Positions 38,640 through 49,700 of a stretch of DNA of 64,000 nt are shown here, one piece after another. Under the pieces are notes generated by a model, which made no database searches, had not been told where the DNA came from, and saw only the letters and a program-made list of their open reading frames with translations. The position numbers and the translations under genes were made by a program. Each line of letters begins with the position of its first letter. Positions within the stretch are counted from its first letter, which is position 1. The stretch covers positions 896,001 through 960,000 of the forward strand of contig OZ220089.1 of assembly GCA_964291625.2 (NCBI GenBank), written 5' to 3'. The DNA comes from Candidatus Latescibacterota bacterium. GTDB taxonomy: Bacteria; Latescibacterota; UBA2968; UBA8231.

Positions 38640-39918
38640 CTACCGCAGCAAAGTCAGCTTCCTCGTCAACATGCCCTCTCCCGTCACCAGCCGGAAGAGG
38701 TAGACACCGCTGGCCAGGGGGCGCCCCTCGCCGTCGCGGCCGTCCCAGTGAAGGCGGTGGTACCCGGTCGGCTGCGGTCCCCGCGTCGGAGTCAATGCCG
38801 CCATCGCCGTCGAAATCCGCCCGCAGCACAGGATACTCGGAGTCGGTTCCGAAGTCCCAGGGATCGTCGGCCGTGCCGTCACCGTCCAGATCCCTGTTCC
38901 AGTTGGCATAGATGCCGGAGTACCCGGTAGGTGTCCGCAGCTCCTCGGTCGTCTTGCCGACAGCGGCGCCGCCGCCCGAGGCCTGTCCCGACGTCTCGGT
39001 ATTCCAATAGCTGGCGACGATGCTGCTCCGGCCACCGGAGGTGCCGCGATTGCGTCCCACAAGCCCACCGACCTCACTGTAGTTTCCCGAGCCCGTCACC
39101 GCGCCGGTCGCATAGCTGGAGACAATACTGCTATGGCCGCGGGAGGTGGTTCCATTGCGTCCCACGAGCCCGCCGACGCTTCCCCCTCCAAAGTTCGTCA
39201 CCACTGCGGTCGCATAGCTGGAGACAACGCTGCTTCGGCCACCCGAGGCGCCGCCATTGCTTCCCACCAGCCCGCCGACCACCGAGCTTTCGCCCGAGCC
39301 TGTCACCGTACCGGTCGCATAGCTGGAGACAATGCTGCCCTGGTGGTTATACCCCACCAGCCCGCCGATCGCCCCGCTTTCGCCCGAGCCAGTCACGGCC
39401 ACGTCGCGAACCCCCACATTCCGAACCTGCCCGCCGGCGCTGACGCTCCCGAACAGACCGATGACGCCAGAGGAACGGTTGATGTACAGGTTGGCGATGG
39501 TGTGGCCGTTGCCCTCGAAGGTGGTTGCGAAGCCCCCGATGGGCGCCCATCCCGTACCGCTGTGCCAGTACTCGTCGGTCGAGTCCAAGTCGCCATCGCC
39601 GTCGGTGTCGAAGTCGAGATCCGCGGTCAACTCGTACCCGGTGCAGGTGGTGGGGCAGCCCATGGCCGCGTCGGCATCGGGGAAGGCGCTCGCATAGGAG
39701 GAGTCATTCGCTGCGTTGTCCGCGGCGCCATCTCCGTCCAGGTCCCAGCGGATCGCGTTCAGATGCGCCAGGCTGCTGATCTCGATGAGGCCGTCGCCAT
39801 CGCTGTCGTAGGAGACCGCGGAGGCTGCCGCCGGCGCCGAGAGCACAAGGGCGGCGCCGAGAGCCCGCAATCCTGGAACCAGCGGTGCGGATCCGTGGAT
39901 CACAGTCGGGGGGTTCAT
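38640..39918 (-). pseudogene. Internally deleted, frameshifted paralog of the GLUG-repeat secreted protein at 41638-46692
   Basis: The N-terminus (YDSDGDGLIEISSL, GGLVG GLUG repeats, YPVLRADFDGDG) joins directly to the last ~45 codons of the FlgD tail (PTGYHRLHWDGRD...RKLTLLR), which is in another frame. Confidence 0.75.
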
Positions 39919-39952
39919 GAGCCCGCTCTTCTCCTGTGGCGAAGGACGATGC

Positions 39953-41641
39953 CTACTGCAACAAGGTCAGCTTGCGCGTCAGGACACCCTCGGAGGTCAT
40001 CAGGCGGTACAGGTAGACGCCGCTGGCCAGGGGCCGTCCCGCGTCGTCGCGGCCGTCCCAGTCGAGGCGATGGAATCCGGCCTCCTGCGGGCCTGCTTGC
40101 AGAACCGCCAACCGCTGTCCCGTCAGGGAGAACACCTCCAGCCGGGCCGGACCCGGCTTCTGCAGGAACCAGGAGATGACGGTCTCGCTGTTGAAAGGAT
40201 TGGGGGAGTTCTGGTGCAGCTCGGACACGGCTGGAAGACGGAGGATCTCCCGGGCCAAGGCGACCAGCTTGGCCTGCCCCGACGAGTCGAAGGCGTCGAT
40301 GAACAGGAAGAAGTCGACGAAATCGACGGTGCCGTTGCCGTCGAGGTCATACCGCGCATCGGTGGTGCCGAAGGCGTCGATGAACAGGAAGAAATCGGCG
40401 AAGTCGGTCCTGCCGTCGCCGTTGAAATCGGTCGTGGCTTGCGCCTGGGCCGCTTGTGTCGTTGTTCCGGTGGCGGTCGCGGACCAGGGACCCTCGCAGG
40501 CGCCGTTGACGGCTCCCACCTGCACGTCGTACGGAGTGCCGTCGGTCAGGCCGGTCAGCTCGTAGCTCAGCGCCCCGGAGCCGTTCGTCCAGACATCCTG
40601 GACCACGGTCCAGTCGGGGTCGGCCCTGGAAGGGGCGTCGCTGGGCACGTAGCGCAGGTCGTAAGCGATGATGGCCGAGCCGCCATCGCTGGAGGGTGCG
40701 CTCCAAGTCACGGTGAGCGAGCCTGCGCCGGGCATCACCAATTGGATGGCGGGCGCGCCGGGGACGTTCGGGTCCGGCGTGGAGCCGTCGGTCGGCATAT
40801 TGTAGGCGTACACCTTGTCGTCCCAGTCATCCGCCACCCACATGGTCTCGCCGTCGGACCAGAGACCCCGGGGGGAGGTGTTTCCGGCGGCCTCCAGGTT
40901 ATCGAAGTCCTTGGAGGGATCCCGGGCTTTGGTGATCATGTCGTAGGCGTACAGCTTCTCGTCCGCATAGTCCCCCACCCACATGGTCACGCCGTCGGAC
41001 CAGAGGCCTCGGGGGGAGGTGTTTCCGGCGGCCTCCAGGGCATCGAAGTCCTTGGAGGGATCGCGGGCCTTGGTCGAAAGGCTGTAGGCCAGGACCACGT
41101 CGAGATCGGTGTCCGCCACCCACATGGTGGCGCCGTCCGACCAGATGTCCTTGGGGGAGGTGTTCCCCGCGGCTTCCAGAGTATTGAAGTCCCTGGAGGG
41201 ATCGCGGGCCTTGGTCGACAGGTTGTAGGCGAAAATCTTGTCGTCATCGCTGGCAAGGAGGTCCCATTTCCAGCCACCGGTGTGCGCCACCCACATGGTC
41301 ACCCCGTCCGACCAGATGCCCCGGGGAGCGATGTTCCTCGCAAGGCGCAGGGTACCGAAGTCCTTGGCGGGATCCCGGGCCTTGGTGATCATGTCGTAGG
41401 CAAAGATCCTGTCGTCGCCCGTGTCTGACACCCACATGGTCACCCCGTCCGACCACAGGCCTCTGGGATCGTCGTCTCCAGCCGCCTCCAGGGTATCGAA
41501 GTCCTTGGCGGGATCGCGGGCGTAGGCGGCCCCGTGGTCTCGTGAGCAGGCATTCCCCGCCGCCTCCGCGGCGCCCGCACATACCACCAACTGCAGCGAG
41601 AGACTCAGGACGATCGGCTTCTGGCTGAAGAGCTCTCTCAT
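39953..41641 (-). CDS. Secreted protein: five GLWSDG beta-propeller-like repeats, FN3, EF-hand/dockerin-like, FlgD-Ig
   Basis: Start MRELFSQK overlaps the upstream stop; RDPSKDF...PRGLWSDGxTMWV repeats; VPGAP...LTVTWSAP FN3; DFNGDGRTDFADF; PNPFN. Confidence 0.85.
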   Translation of the reverse strand: MRELFSQKPIVLSLSLQLVVCAGAAEAAGNACSRDHGAAYARDPAKDFDTLEAAGDDDPRGLWSDGVTMWVSDTGDDRIFAYDMITKARDPAKDFGTLRLARNIAPRGIWSDGVTMWVAHTGGWKWDLLASDDDKIFAYNLSTKARDPSRDFNTLEAAGNTSPKDIWSDGATMWVADTDLDVVLAYSLSTKARDPSKDFDALEAAGNTSPRGLWSDGVTMWVGDYADEKLYAYDMITKARDPSKDFDNLEAAGNTSPRGLWSDGETMWVADDWDDKVYAYNMPTDGSTPDPNVPGAPAIQLVMPGAGSLTVTWSAPSSDGGSAIIAYDLRYVPSDAPSRADPDWTVVQDVWTNGSGALSYELTGLTDGTPYDVQVGAVNGACEGPWSATATGTTTQAAQAQATTDFNGDGRTDFADFFLFIDAFGTTDARYDLDGNGTVDFVDFFLFIDAFDSSGQAKLVALAREILRLPAVSELHQNSPNPFNSETVISWFLQKPGPARLEVFSLTGQRLAVLQAGPQEAGFHRLDWDGRDDAGRPLASGVYLYRLMTSEGVLTRKLTLLQ

Positions 41642-44600
41642 CGCAGCAGGGTCAGCTTTCGTGTCAGGACGCCTTCCCCCGTCACCAGCCGGAAGAGGTA
41701 GACGCCGCTGCCCAGGGGCCGCCCCTCGCCGTCGCGGCCGTCCCAGTGAAGGCGGTGGTACCCGGTCGGCAGCGGGCCCCGCCACAGGACCGCCAGCCGC
41801 TGCCCGGTCACGGAGAACACCTCCAGCCGCACCGGGCCGGGTCGCAGCAGGAACCAGGAGAACACGGTCTCGCTGTTGAACGGGTTGGGCCAGTTCTGCC
41901 GCAGTTCGGTCTCGCCGGGCAACCCGATCAGCTCCCGCGCCATGGCCACCAGCTTGGCCTGGCCCGACGGGTTGAAGGCGTCGATGAACTTGAAGAAGTC
42001 GGCGAAGTCGACGGTGCCGTTGCCGTCGAGGTCGAAGCGGGCGTCGGTGGTGCCGTAGGCGTCGATGAACAGGAAGAAGTCGGCGAAGTCGGTCTTGCCG
42101 TCGCCGTTGAAATCGGTGGCGGCCTGCGCCTGGGGTGCCTGGGCCCTGGAGGGCATGTTGTACGAGTAGATCTTCTTGTCGGACAGGTCGGAGACCCACA
42201 TCGTCTCGCCGTCCGACCAGAGGCCGAGAGTGACGTGGGTCAGAGTGGGATGCAAGGCGCTGAAGTCCCTTGACGAGTCCCGGGACCCGGTGGCCATCTC
42301 GTAGGCGAACAACCTCAGGAACAGCGAGTCTCCAACCCACAGAGTCACGCCGTCCGACCAGATGCCGAAGGCTCTCTGGTTGCCGTCCGAACGTAGTGTA
42401 TTGATGTCCTTGCTCGCGTCCCTGGATTTCGTTGCAAGGTCGTAGGCGAAGACCTTGTCATCATTGTTGTCGTGGTTGACCACCCACAGGGTCGTGCCGT
42501 CCGACCAGAGGCCCCGAGGGTTGTCGTTGCCCGCCGCGCCCAGGGTAGCGAAGTCCTTGGCCGCGTCTCTCGCCTTGGTGGACAGGCTGTACGCATAGAT
42601 CCTGGCGTCTGCCCCATCCGCCACCCACAGGGTCGTGCCGTCCGACCAGAGGCCGCGGGGATCGTCGTTGCCGGCCGCCTTCAGCGTGTTGAAGTCCTTC
42701 GATGCATCCCTGGCCTTGGTGGCCAGATTGTAGGCGAAGATCTTGGACTCGGGAGCGTTGTTGTAGTTGGCCACCCACAGGGTCGTGCCATCCGACCAGA
42801 GGCCGGCAGGATGATTGTTCCCGGCGACCAGGGTGTTGAAGTCATCGACGGCCTTCCAACCGAAGGGGGCCGTCACACCGCGGCCGATCACGACTGCATA
42901 GGCCTTCGCAGTCTGCCCGTCGCTTGCGGTGACCGTGACTGTGACTTCGTTTCGGCCCTCTGACAGCGAGACCGGGTAGGAAGAGCCGCTCGAGACGGAG
43001 ATGCCGCCGATGTCGATGCTGGAGCCGGCATCGGTCGGTGTTGCGGAAATGCTGACCTGGGTCACTGCATTGGCGACGCCCACGTGGTAGGTGGTCACGT
43101 CCGCGGAGAAACCTGCGATGTCCACCGGACGGACGGAAAGGCTGCCGAGCGTGGCGTCCGCGGGCGGAACAGGTGCCGGAGGGGGCTCTGCCGGTGCCGG
43201 CATGTTGTAGGCGTATATCTTCGCCCCATCGTGTATGTCCCCGTCGGCCACCCACATGGTCACCCCGTCGGACCAGATGCCTCGGGGCGTCCCGTTTCCG
43301 GCGGCCCGAAGGGTAGCGAAGTCCCTCGAGGAATCCCTGGCCCCGGAGGCCAGGTAGTATGCGTACAGCCTGCTTTGGGACCAGTTGGCGACCCAGATGG
43401 TCGTGCTGTCGGACCAGATGTACTCGAACAGGCCGGAGCCGGGGCCTGTGACGTAGTCGAAGTCCCTGGCGGAGTCACGATCCTTCGTGCTCAGGTCGTA
43501 GGCATAGATGTGGTTGTCCTCATCGTCCACGACCCACATGGTCGTGCCGTCCGACCAGAGGCCGGCGGGATCGTCGTTGCCGGCCTCCTTCAGCCCGTCG
43601 AAGTCCTTGGAGGCGTCTCGCGCGCCGGTCGAAAGGCTGTAGGCGTACAACTTGGCGTCCTCGGAGTCGGCGACCCACATGGTCGTGCCGTCCGACCAGA
43701 GGCCCTTGGGGCTGTTGTTGCCGGAAGTGTTCGGGGTGTCCAGGTCCTTGGCGGCATCGCGAGCGCTCGTGGCCATGCTGTAGGCATAGATCTTGTCGTC
43801 ACGGGTGTCGACCACCCACATGGTTGTACCGTCCGACCAGAGGCCGCCCGGAGAGCGGTTGCCCGCGGCCTCGAGAGTGTTGAAGTCCGCGGCAGCCTTC
43901 CAGCCAAAGGTCGTGGTCACGCTCCGCACTACGGTTACGGTATAGACCTTGGTCGTCCGTCCGTCATCGGCGGTCACCGTGATGGTTATTTCATTTCGCC
44001 CCTCTGAGAGCGATATCGAATGGGCGGCGCCGCTGGCGACGGTGCTCCCGTCGATGTCGATCGTGCCACCTGAGAGGTTGACGGTTGGCGTCAACGAGAC
44101 CTGAGTCACGTCGTTGGCGACGGCCACGCGATAGGCGGTCACATCGGGGGAAAACCCCGTGATGTCCTTTGGTGTGACCGTCAGTCCTCTGAGCGTGGCA
44201 TCCACGCGGCTTGGCATGTTGTAGGATTGGATCCCTATCCATGAGTAGGGATAAGAGTGTCTGGAGCCTCTAGCCGTCACCCACATCGTCTCGCCGTCAG
44301 ACCATATTCCCCAGGGCGCCTGACCGGCCGTGTCGATCAGCCAGTTGAAGTCTCTCGAGGGCACTCGCTGTTTTGTGTTTCGATCGTAGGCGTACAGCTT
44401 GTTGTCTACATTGTCCGCCACCCACATCGTATGTCCATCTGTCCAAATGCCTCCAATGTCCGTGTTTCCGGCGGCTTCCAACGTGTTGAAGTCTGCTTGA
44501 GGATTCCGCTGTAGTGAATGTCGGTTGAATGCGAGTAGCTGTCCGTTTGCTACAACCCAGAACCCTTCGAGAACCGGATCCACCGCCAGGCCTTCCGGGC

Positions 44601-46692
44601 CGTCGATTCCAGCACTGACGAGGTCGAATTCCCGGGCGGAGTTCCTTGCATAGTTTGACAGGTTGTAGGCGTATATTCTGAGATCCGACACCCACATCGT
44701 CGTTCCGTCCGATGTGATGCCCCGTGGTCCCCGATTGCCGTGAGTTGCCAGCGTACCCGGGCCCTGCTTCTTGCTGGCCATGCTGTATGAGCACAGCTCG
44801 TCCAGACCCCCTCCGGGGGTTGGGCACGTCACCCACATCGTCGTGCCGTTGGACCAGATACCGTAGGGCCCGGCATACCATCTAGGGTCACCAACGTCGT
44901 TGAAGTCCTCAGTAACCTTCCAGCGGAACGGAGCGTTGGAGCCCCGGTCCACGGCAATGCTGTACTCCTTGGTGGTCGTGCCGTCTTGCGCGGTTACCGT
45001 GATGGCGATTGCGGGGTTTCTTCCCTCTCTCAGCGAGACGGTGTGGCCCGATCCGCTGGCGACGGTGGTTCCATTGATGTCGATGGTCGCCCCGTCGTCA
45101 TTCAGGTAGGGCGTTACCGTGACCTCGCTGACTGCGTGGGCCACGCCAATGTGATAGGTGAGCACGTCGGCGGCGAAACCCTCGATGTCCACGGGACTGA
45201 CGCCCAGCGCTTTCAGCGTGGCGTCATTCGGGGAACCGGCGTCGGTCGGCGGGGGGGCATCTGGCCTCTGCTCTCCGAACTCCCGCCAGGTGGCGGTGCC
45301 GTCGCCGTCCAGGTCAGCCCGGAGCGCCGGGTACTGCTGCGCGGTCCCGAACTCCCAGGGGTCGTCGCCGCCCGTGCTCCCATCGTAGTCGCCGTCCGCG
45401 TTGTCCACGTCCACGTTCCATGCCGCGTAGATGCCCGCGTACCCGGTGGGAGTCTGGAGTTCGGTCGTTGTCCTGCCCTCGCCTCCGGCGCTTGAAACCC
45501 TGCCCGAGGTCACGGTATTCCAATAGCAATTCCGGATGAACGAGGAGCTGTTGTTGATGGCCAGGTCATAGTCTCTCCCCACCAGTCCGCCGACGCTGCT
45601 CCCCGTCCCCGTCACCCAGCCTGTCGCGTAGCTGGCGACGATGCTCCCCTGGATCTCTCCCACCAGCCCGCCGACATACTCTGTGCCGGTCACCGCACCC
45701 GACGCATAGCATGCCCGGATACCGCCGCCCCAGTTCTTGCCCACCAACCCGCCGACATGGTTCACTCCGGTGACCGCGCCCGACGCATAGCTGACTGCGA
45801 TGCTCCCGCCGTTGTGAAACCCCACCAATCCACCGACCGCCGCACTGCTGCCCGTACCTCTCACCGCCCCGGTCGCGTAGCTGGCGCGGATGCTGCCATA
45901 GTTGTACCCGGCCAGCCCGCCGACCCTGCCATGGCTGCCCGAGCCGGTCACCGACGCCGAAGCATGGCTGGCGACGATGCTGCGGCTGGCGCCGCTGGAG
46001 CCGGCGTTCCTGCCGACCAGCCCTCCGACTTCGCAGCGTCCCACTCCCGTACTCGTCACCGACCCCGTCACATGGCTCGCAGTGATGCTGCCGGCGTTCC
46101 TGCCCGCCAGCCCGCCGACAATGGCTCCCCGGCCCGAGCCGGTCACCGAGACCCCCGTAAGGACCAGATTCCGCACCTGCCCGCCGTCGCCGACAACGCC
46201 GAACAGGCCGACCCTGCTCGAGGAGCGATCGATGTACATGCTCTGGATGGTGTACGAATTGCCGTCGAAGGTGGCGGTGAATTCGTTGCCGGAGCCGGAA
46301 CTGCCTATGGGCATCCAGCCCGAGCCGCCGTTCCAGTATTCGTCGGCTCCATCCACATCGCCATCGCCATCGGTGTCGAAGTCAAGGTCCGCGGGCAGCT
46401 CGTACCCGGTGCAGGACGTGGCGGGACAGCCCATGCCCGCGGCGGCATTGGGAAAGGCCGCGGCATAGGAGGAAGTGTTGGTGCCCTGGTCCGCGGCGCC
46501 GTCGCCGTCCAGGTCCCAGCGGATGGCGTTCAGTTGCGCCAGGCTGCTGATCTCGATCAGGCCGTCGCCATCGCTGTCGTAGGAGACCGTGGAGGCTGCG
46601 GCTGATGCCACCGCCAACAGAAGGGCAGCGCAACAAGAGACCCATCCAGGAACCAGCCGGGTGGATCGGTGACTCACAGTTGGCCTTCCCAT
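41638..46692 (-). CDS. Large secreted adhesin-like protein: GLUG repeats, three cadherin-like beta-sandwich plus GLWSDG-propeller units, EF-hand, FlgD-Ig
   Basis: VGGLVG repeats; DATL...ITVTA.DG.T.K.Y (three times); WSDGTTMWV repeats; DFNGDGKTDFADF; WPNPFN. Confidence 0.88.
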   Translation of the reverse strand: MGRPTVSHRSTRLVPGWVSCCAALLLAVASAAASTVSYDSDGDGLIEISSLAQLNAIRWDLDGDGAADQGTNTSSYAAAFPNAAAGMGCPATSCTGYELPADLDFDTDGDGDVDGADEYWNGGSGWMPIGSSGSGNEFTATFDGNSYTIQSMYIDRSSSRVGLFGVVGDGGQVRNLVLTGVSVTGSGRGAIVGGLAGRNAGSITASHVTGSVTSTGVGRCEVGGLVGRNAGSSGASRSIVASHASASVTGSGSHGRVGGLAGYNYGSIRASYATGAVRGTGSSAAVGGLVGFHNGGSIAVSYASGAVTGVNHVGGLVGKNWGGGIRACYASGAVTGTEYVGGLVGEIQGSIVASYATGWVTGTGSSVGGLVGRDYDLAINNSSSFIRNCYWNTVTSGRVSSAGGEGRTTTELQTPTGYAGIYAAWNVDVDNADGDYDGSTGGDDPWEFGTAQQYPALRADLDGDGTATWREFGEQRPDAPPPTDAGSPNDATLKALGVSPVDIEGFAADVLTYHIGVAHAVSEVTVTPYLNDDGATIDINGTTVASGSGHTVSLREGRNPAIAITVTAQDGTTTKEYSIAVDRGSNAPFRWKVTEDFNDVGDPRWYAGPYGIWSNGTTMWVTCPTPGGGLDELCSYSMASKKQGPGTLATHGNRGPRGITSDGTTMWVSDLRIYAYNLSNYARNSAREFDLVSAGIDGPEGLAVDPVLEGFWVVANGQLLAFNRHSLQRNPQADFNTLEAAGNTDIGGIWTDGHTMWVADNVDNKLYAYDRNTKQRVPSRDFNWLIDTAGQAPWGIWSDGETMWVTARGSRHSYPYSWIGIQSYNMPSRVDATLRGLTVTPKDITGFSPDVTAYRVAVANDVTQVSLTPTVNLSGGTIDIDGSTVASGAAHSISLSEGRNEITITVTADDGRTTKVYTVTVVRSVTTTFGWKAAADFNTLEAAGNRSPGGLWSDGTTMWVVDTRDDKIYAYSMATSARDAAKDLDTPNTSGNNSPKGLWSDGTTMWVADSEDAKLYAYSLSTGARDASKDFDGLKEAGNDDPAGLWSDGTTMWVVDDEDNHIYAYDLSTKDRDSARDFDYVTGPGSGLFEYIWSDSTTIWVANWSQSRLYAYYLASGARDSSRDFATLRAAGNGTPRGIWSDGVTMWVADGDIHDGAKIYAYNMPAPAEPPPAPVPPADATLGSLSVRPVDIAGFSADVTTYHVGVANAVTQVSISATPTDAGSSIDIGGISVSSGSSYPVSLSEGRNEVTVTVTASDGQTAKAYAVVIGRGVTAPFGWKAVDDFNTLVAGNNHPAGLWSDGTTLWVANYNNAPESKIFAYNLATKARDASKDFNTLKAAGNDDPRGLWSDGTTLWVADGADARIYAYSLSTKARDAAKDFATLGAAGNDNPRGLWSDGTTLWVVNHDNNDDKVFAYDLATKSRDASKDINTLRSDGNQRAFGIWSDGVTLWVGDSLFLRLFAYEMATGSRDSSRDFSALHPTLTHVTLGLWSDGETMWVSDLSDKKIYSYNMPSRAQAPQAQAATDFNGDGKTDFADFFLFIDAYGTTDARFDLDGNGTVDFADFFKFIDAFNPSGQAKLVAMARELIGLPGETELRQNWPNPFNSETVFSWFLLRPGPVRLEVFSVTGQRLAVLWRGPLPTGYHRLHWDGRDGEGRPLGSGVYLFRLVTGEGVLTRKLTLLR

Positions 46693-46753
46693 GTAGTCCG
46701 CTCCCCCCTGCGAATCAGCGGCGCCGTTGTTGGCTCCCGGGTCAAGGACTCCC

Positions 46754-49700
46754 TCATCGCAACAAGGTCAGCTTGCGCGTCAGGACACCCTCGGAGGTCA
46801 CCAGCCGGTACAGGTAGACACCGCTGGCCAGGGGCCGTCCCGCGTCGTCGCGGCCGTCCCAGTGAAGGCGGTGATATCCGGCCTTCTGCCGGCCCTGCCA
46901 CAGGACCGCCAGCCGCTGCCCGGTCAGGGCGAACACCTCCAGCCGCGCCGCTCCCGGTTCCGGCAGGAACCAGGAGATGACGGTCTCGCTGTTGAACGGG
47001 TTGGGCCGGCTCTGGTGCAGCTCGGGCGCCGCCGGCAACCCGATCAGCTCCCGGGCCATGGCCACCAGCTTGGTGCCCTGTCCGGGCTGGTCGAAGGCAT
47101 CGACGAACTTGAAGAAATCGGCGAAATCGACGGTGCCGTTGCCGTCGAGGTCGAAGCGGGCATCGCTGGTCCCGTAGGCGTCGATGAACTGGAAGAAGTC
47201 GGCGAAATCGGTTCGGCCGTCGCCGTTGAAGTCGGTGGCGGCCTGGGTCTGTGTCTGACCGCAGTCGGACAGACCGAGGGTATCCAGATCGTTGTTCGTC
47301 ACGTCCCGCAGGCCCCCGGGGATGCACCCGGTCAACTGGTTGCCGCCGACGTACAGGTGCGTCAGGTTGGTCAGGTTCCCCAACTCGGTCGGGATGGACC
47401 CGGTCAGTTGGTTGTCGGAGAGCCACAGGCGCGTCAGGTTGGTCAGGTTGCCCAACTCCGCTGGTATGGACCCGCTGAGCTGGTTGTTGGAGAGACCCAG
47501 AGTCGTCAAGTTGGTCAGGTTCCCCAACTCGGCCGGGATGGACCCGGACAGTTGATTGTTGGTCAGCCCCAGCGTCGTCAGGTTGGCCAGGTTCCCCAAC
47601 TCGGTCGGGATGGACCCGCTCAACCGATTGCTGTCCAGGGACAGGGAGGTCAGGTCGTTCAGGTTGCCCAGTTCGGAGGGGATCCGTCCGCTCAGCTGGT
47701 TGCTCTGGAGCCTCAGGTTGGTCAGTTCCGTCAGGCGGCCCAGTTCGGAAGGGATCCGTCCGCTCAACCGGTTGTGGTTGATCTCCAGTTGAGTCAGGTT
47801 GGACAGGTTGCCGAGTTCGGGAGGAATCGCACCGCTCAAGTGGTTGCCATAGAGATACAGGGCGGACAGGAAGGTGAGGTTGCCCAGCTCGGGCGGTATC
47901 GTCCCCCTCAACCCGTTCCATTCAAGGCTCAGATTGTAGACCCGGCCGAGGTTGTTGGTTCTGACCCCTTTCCACTCACCCATGGGCCTGCCGCTGAGCC
48001 AGTTCGCCCGGCCCTGCCAGCCGGAGCCGTTGGTGGCGCTGTAGAGCGCAGCCAGCGCGGCGCTGTCAGGGTGAGCGGGCACGGCGGTGACCGGGGAGAC
48101 ATCCGTCCACTCGGAGGCGTCCCACAGCTCGATGCCGTTCAGCCCTACCGAAGCGAGCAGGGACCCATCGGGAGAAAAGACCCCGTTGATCCCGAAACCC
48201 CAGTTGTCCTTCAGCCGGTCCGGGTGTCCGAGCCTTGCGATGCTCCTTGCCGTCTCCACGTCCCAGAGCACGATCTCGCCCAGTTGGGCACCCGTGACAA
48301 GTGTCGCTCCGTCCGCGGAAAAGGACGCCTTTCCATGCCCCTGGAGGGCGACCGTGTCCCTTGCCGCCACGCCCCACAGCAGCATCGGGCCGTCCGTGCT
48401 CGATGCGAGAAGGGTCCCGTCGGGCGAGAACGCGATGGCGAGGACTCGGCCGGTGTTTCCCTCCAGGGTGCCGGTATTCGTTTGCGATGCGGCGTCCCAC
48501 AGCTTGACGGTTCCGTCGCGGGACCCGGAAGCGAGGGTTCCATCGGACGACCAGGCGACCGAGAAGACATGACTCGTATGCCCGGTGAGGGTGGCGATCA
48601 GGGACTCGTTGGCCACGTCCCACAGCTTGATCGTCCGGTCCCCGGAGCCGGAGGCGAGGGTGTCCCCGCTGGGCGAGAACGCCACCGAATGGACCCCCGT
48701 CGGTCCCCCTGTGTGCCCGGGCAGAGTGGCGATGAGCGTTCGGCTCGCCACGTCCCAGAGCTTGAGATTCGCCTGTCTGGTGCTGGTAGTCCCGGAAGCG
48801 ATGGTGGCCCCGTCGGGGGAAAAGGCCAACGCCGAGCTGCCCCCGCTGAGAGTGCCGACCGCGGCTCGTGTCACCGTGTCCCAGATCTGGATTCCCGCGG
48901 ACGAACTGACGGCGAGAGTCGTCCCATCCGGCGAGAACTCGGCGCCGTAGATCTCCGGCGAAATGTCCCGCGTATACCTGAAGAGCGTGGCGAGGTGGTG
49001 GGGCGACTCTTCGGCCACGACATAGTGAGAGTCCTTGTAGGGTCCGCTGTTTGCATTCCCTTCGGTATCGACCGCCTGGATGGAGACATAGTGCGCCGGG
49101 GAAACGGAAAGACTCCCGGAGCCCGCGGACGGGACCACCCCGTCATGCTGGAATGCGACGACGGTATCCTGGGCGCCCTGCAAGTCGCGGCACGCCTTCA
49201 CCTCAGGAGACCCCGCAGCCGGGTGGGTTGCTCCTGACTTGAGGAAGAAGAGGGCCTGCTGCAGTCCCCGGCCTTCCGATCCCCTGACTCTCAATCGGAT
49301 GGAGAAGCTTGTTGATCCTGCGGCATAGCGCAGGGGCGAGACAAGCTCGACAGTCGGACCAAGAATGTCGTACCAGCCCTGTTGTTCCTCGATGGGGACA
49401 TGGGGGTCGAAATAGGGATGCACGGCGAGGAACCCCGCGCTGCATGCCGACAACCGGTTCCATGTGGGACCGTACGACATGATGTTGGCGCCGTCGTTGA
49501 AGTCGTGGTGCAAGCCGAAGGCATGGCCCAGCTCGTGGGCGGCCGTGGCGTCGAGGAAGCTGGCGGGAAGCAGGGCATAGCCGCTGTTCTTTCCCCAGCG
49601 GCCGCCGAACCCCGCCACGTTGCCCCAGCCGAGGTTGTTGTAGGTGCTGTGGTCGACGACGATGAACAGGATGCTGCTATTGGAGTCAAAGGTCGGTCTC

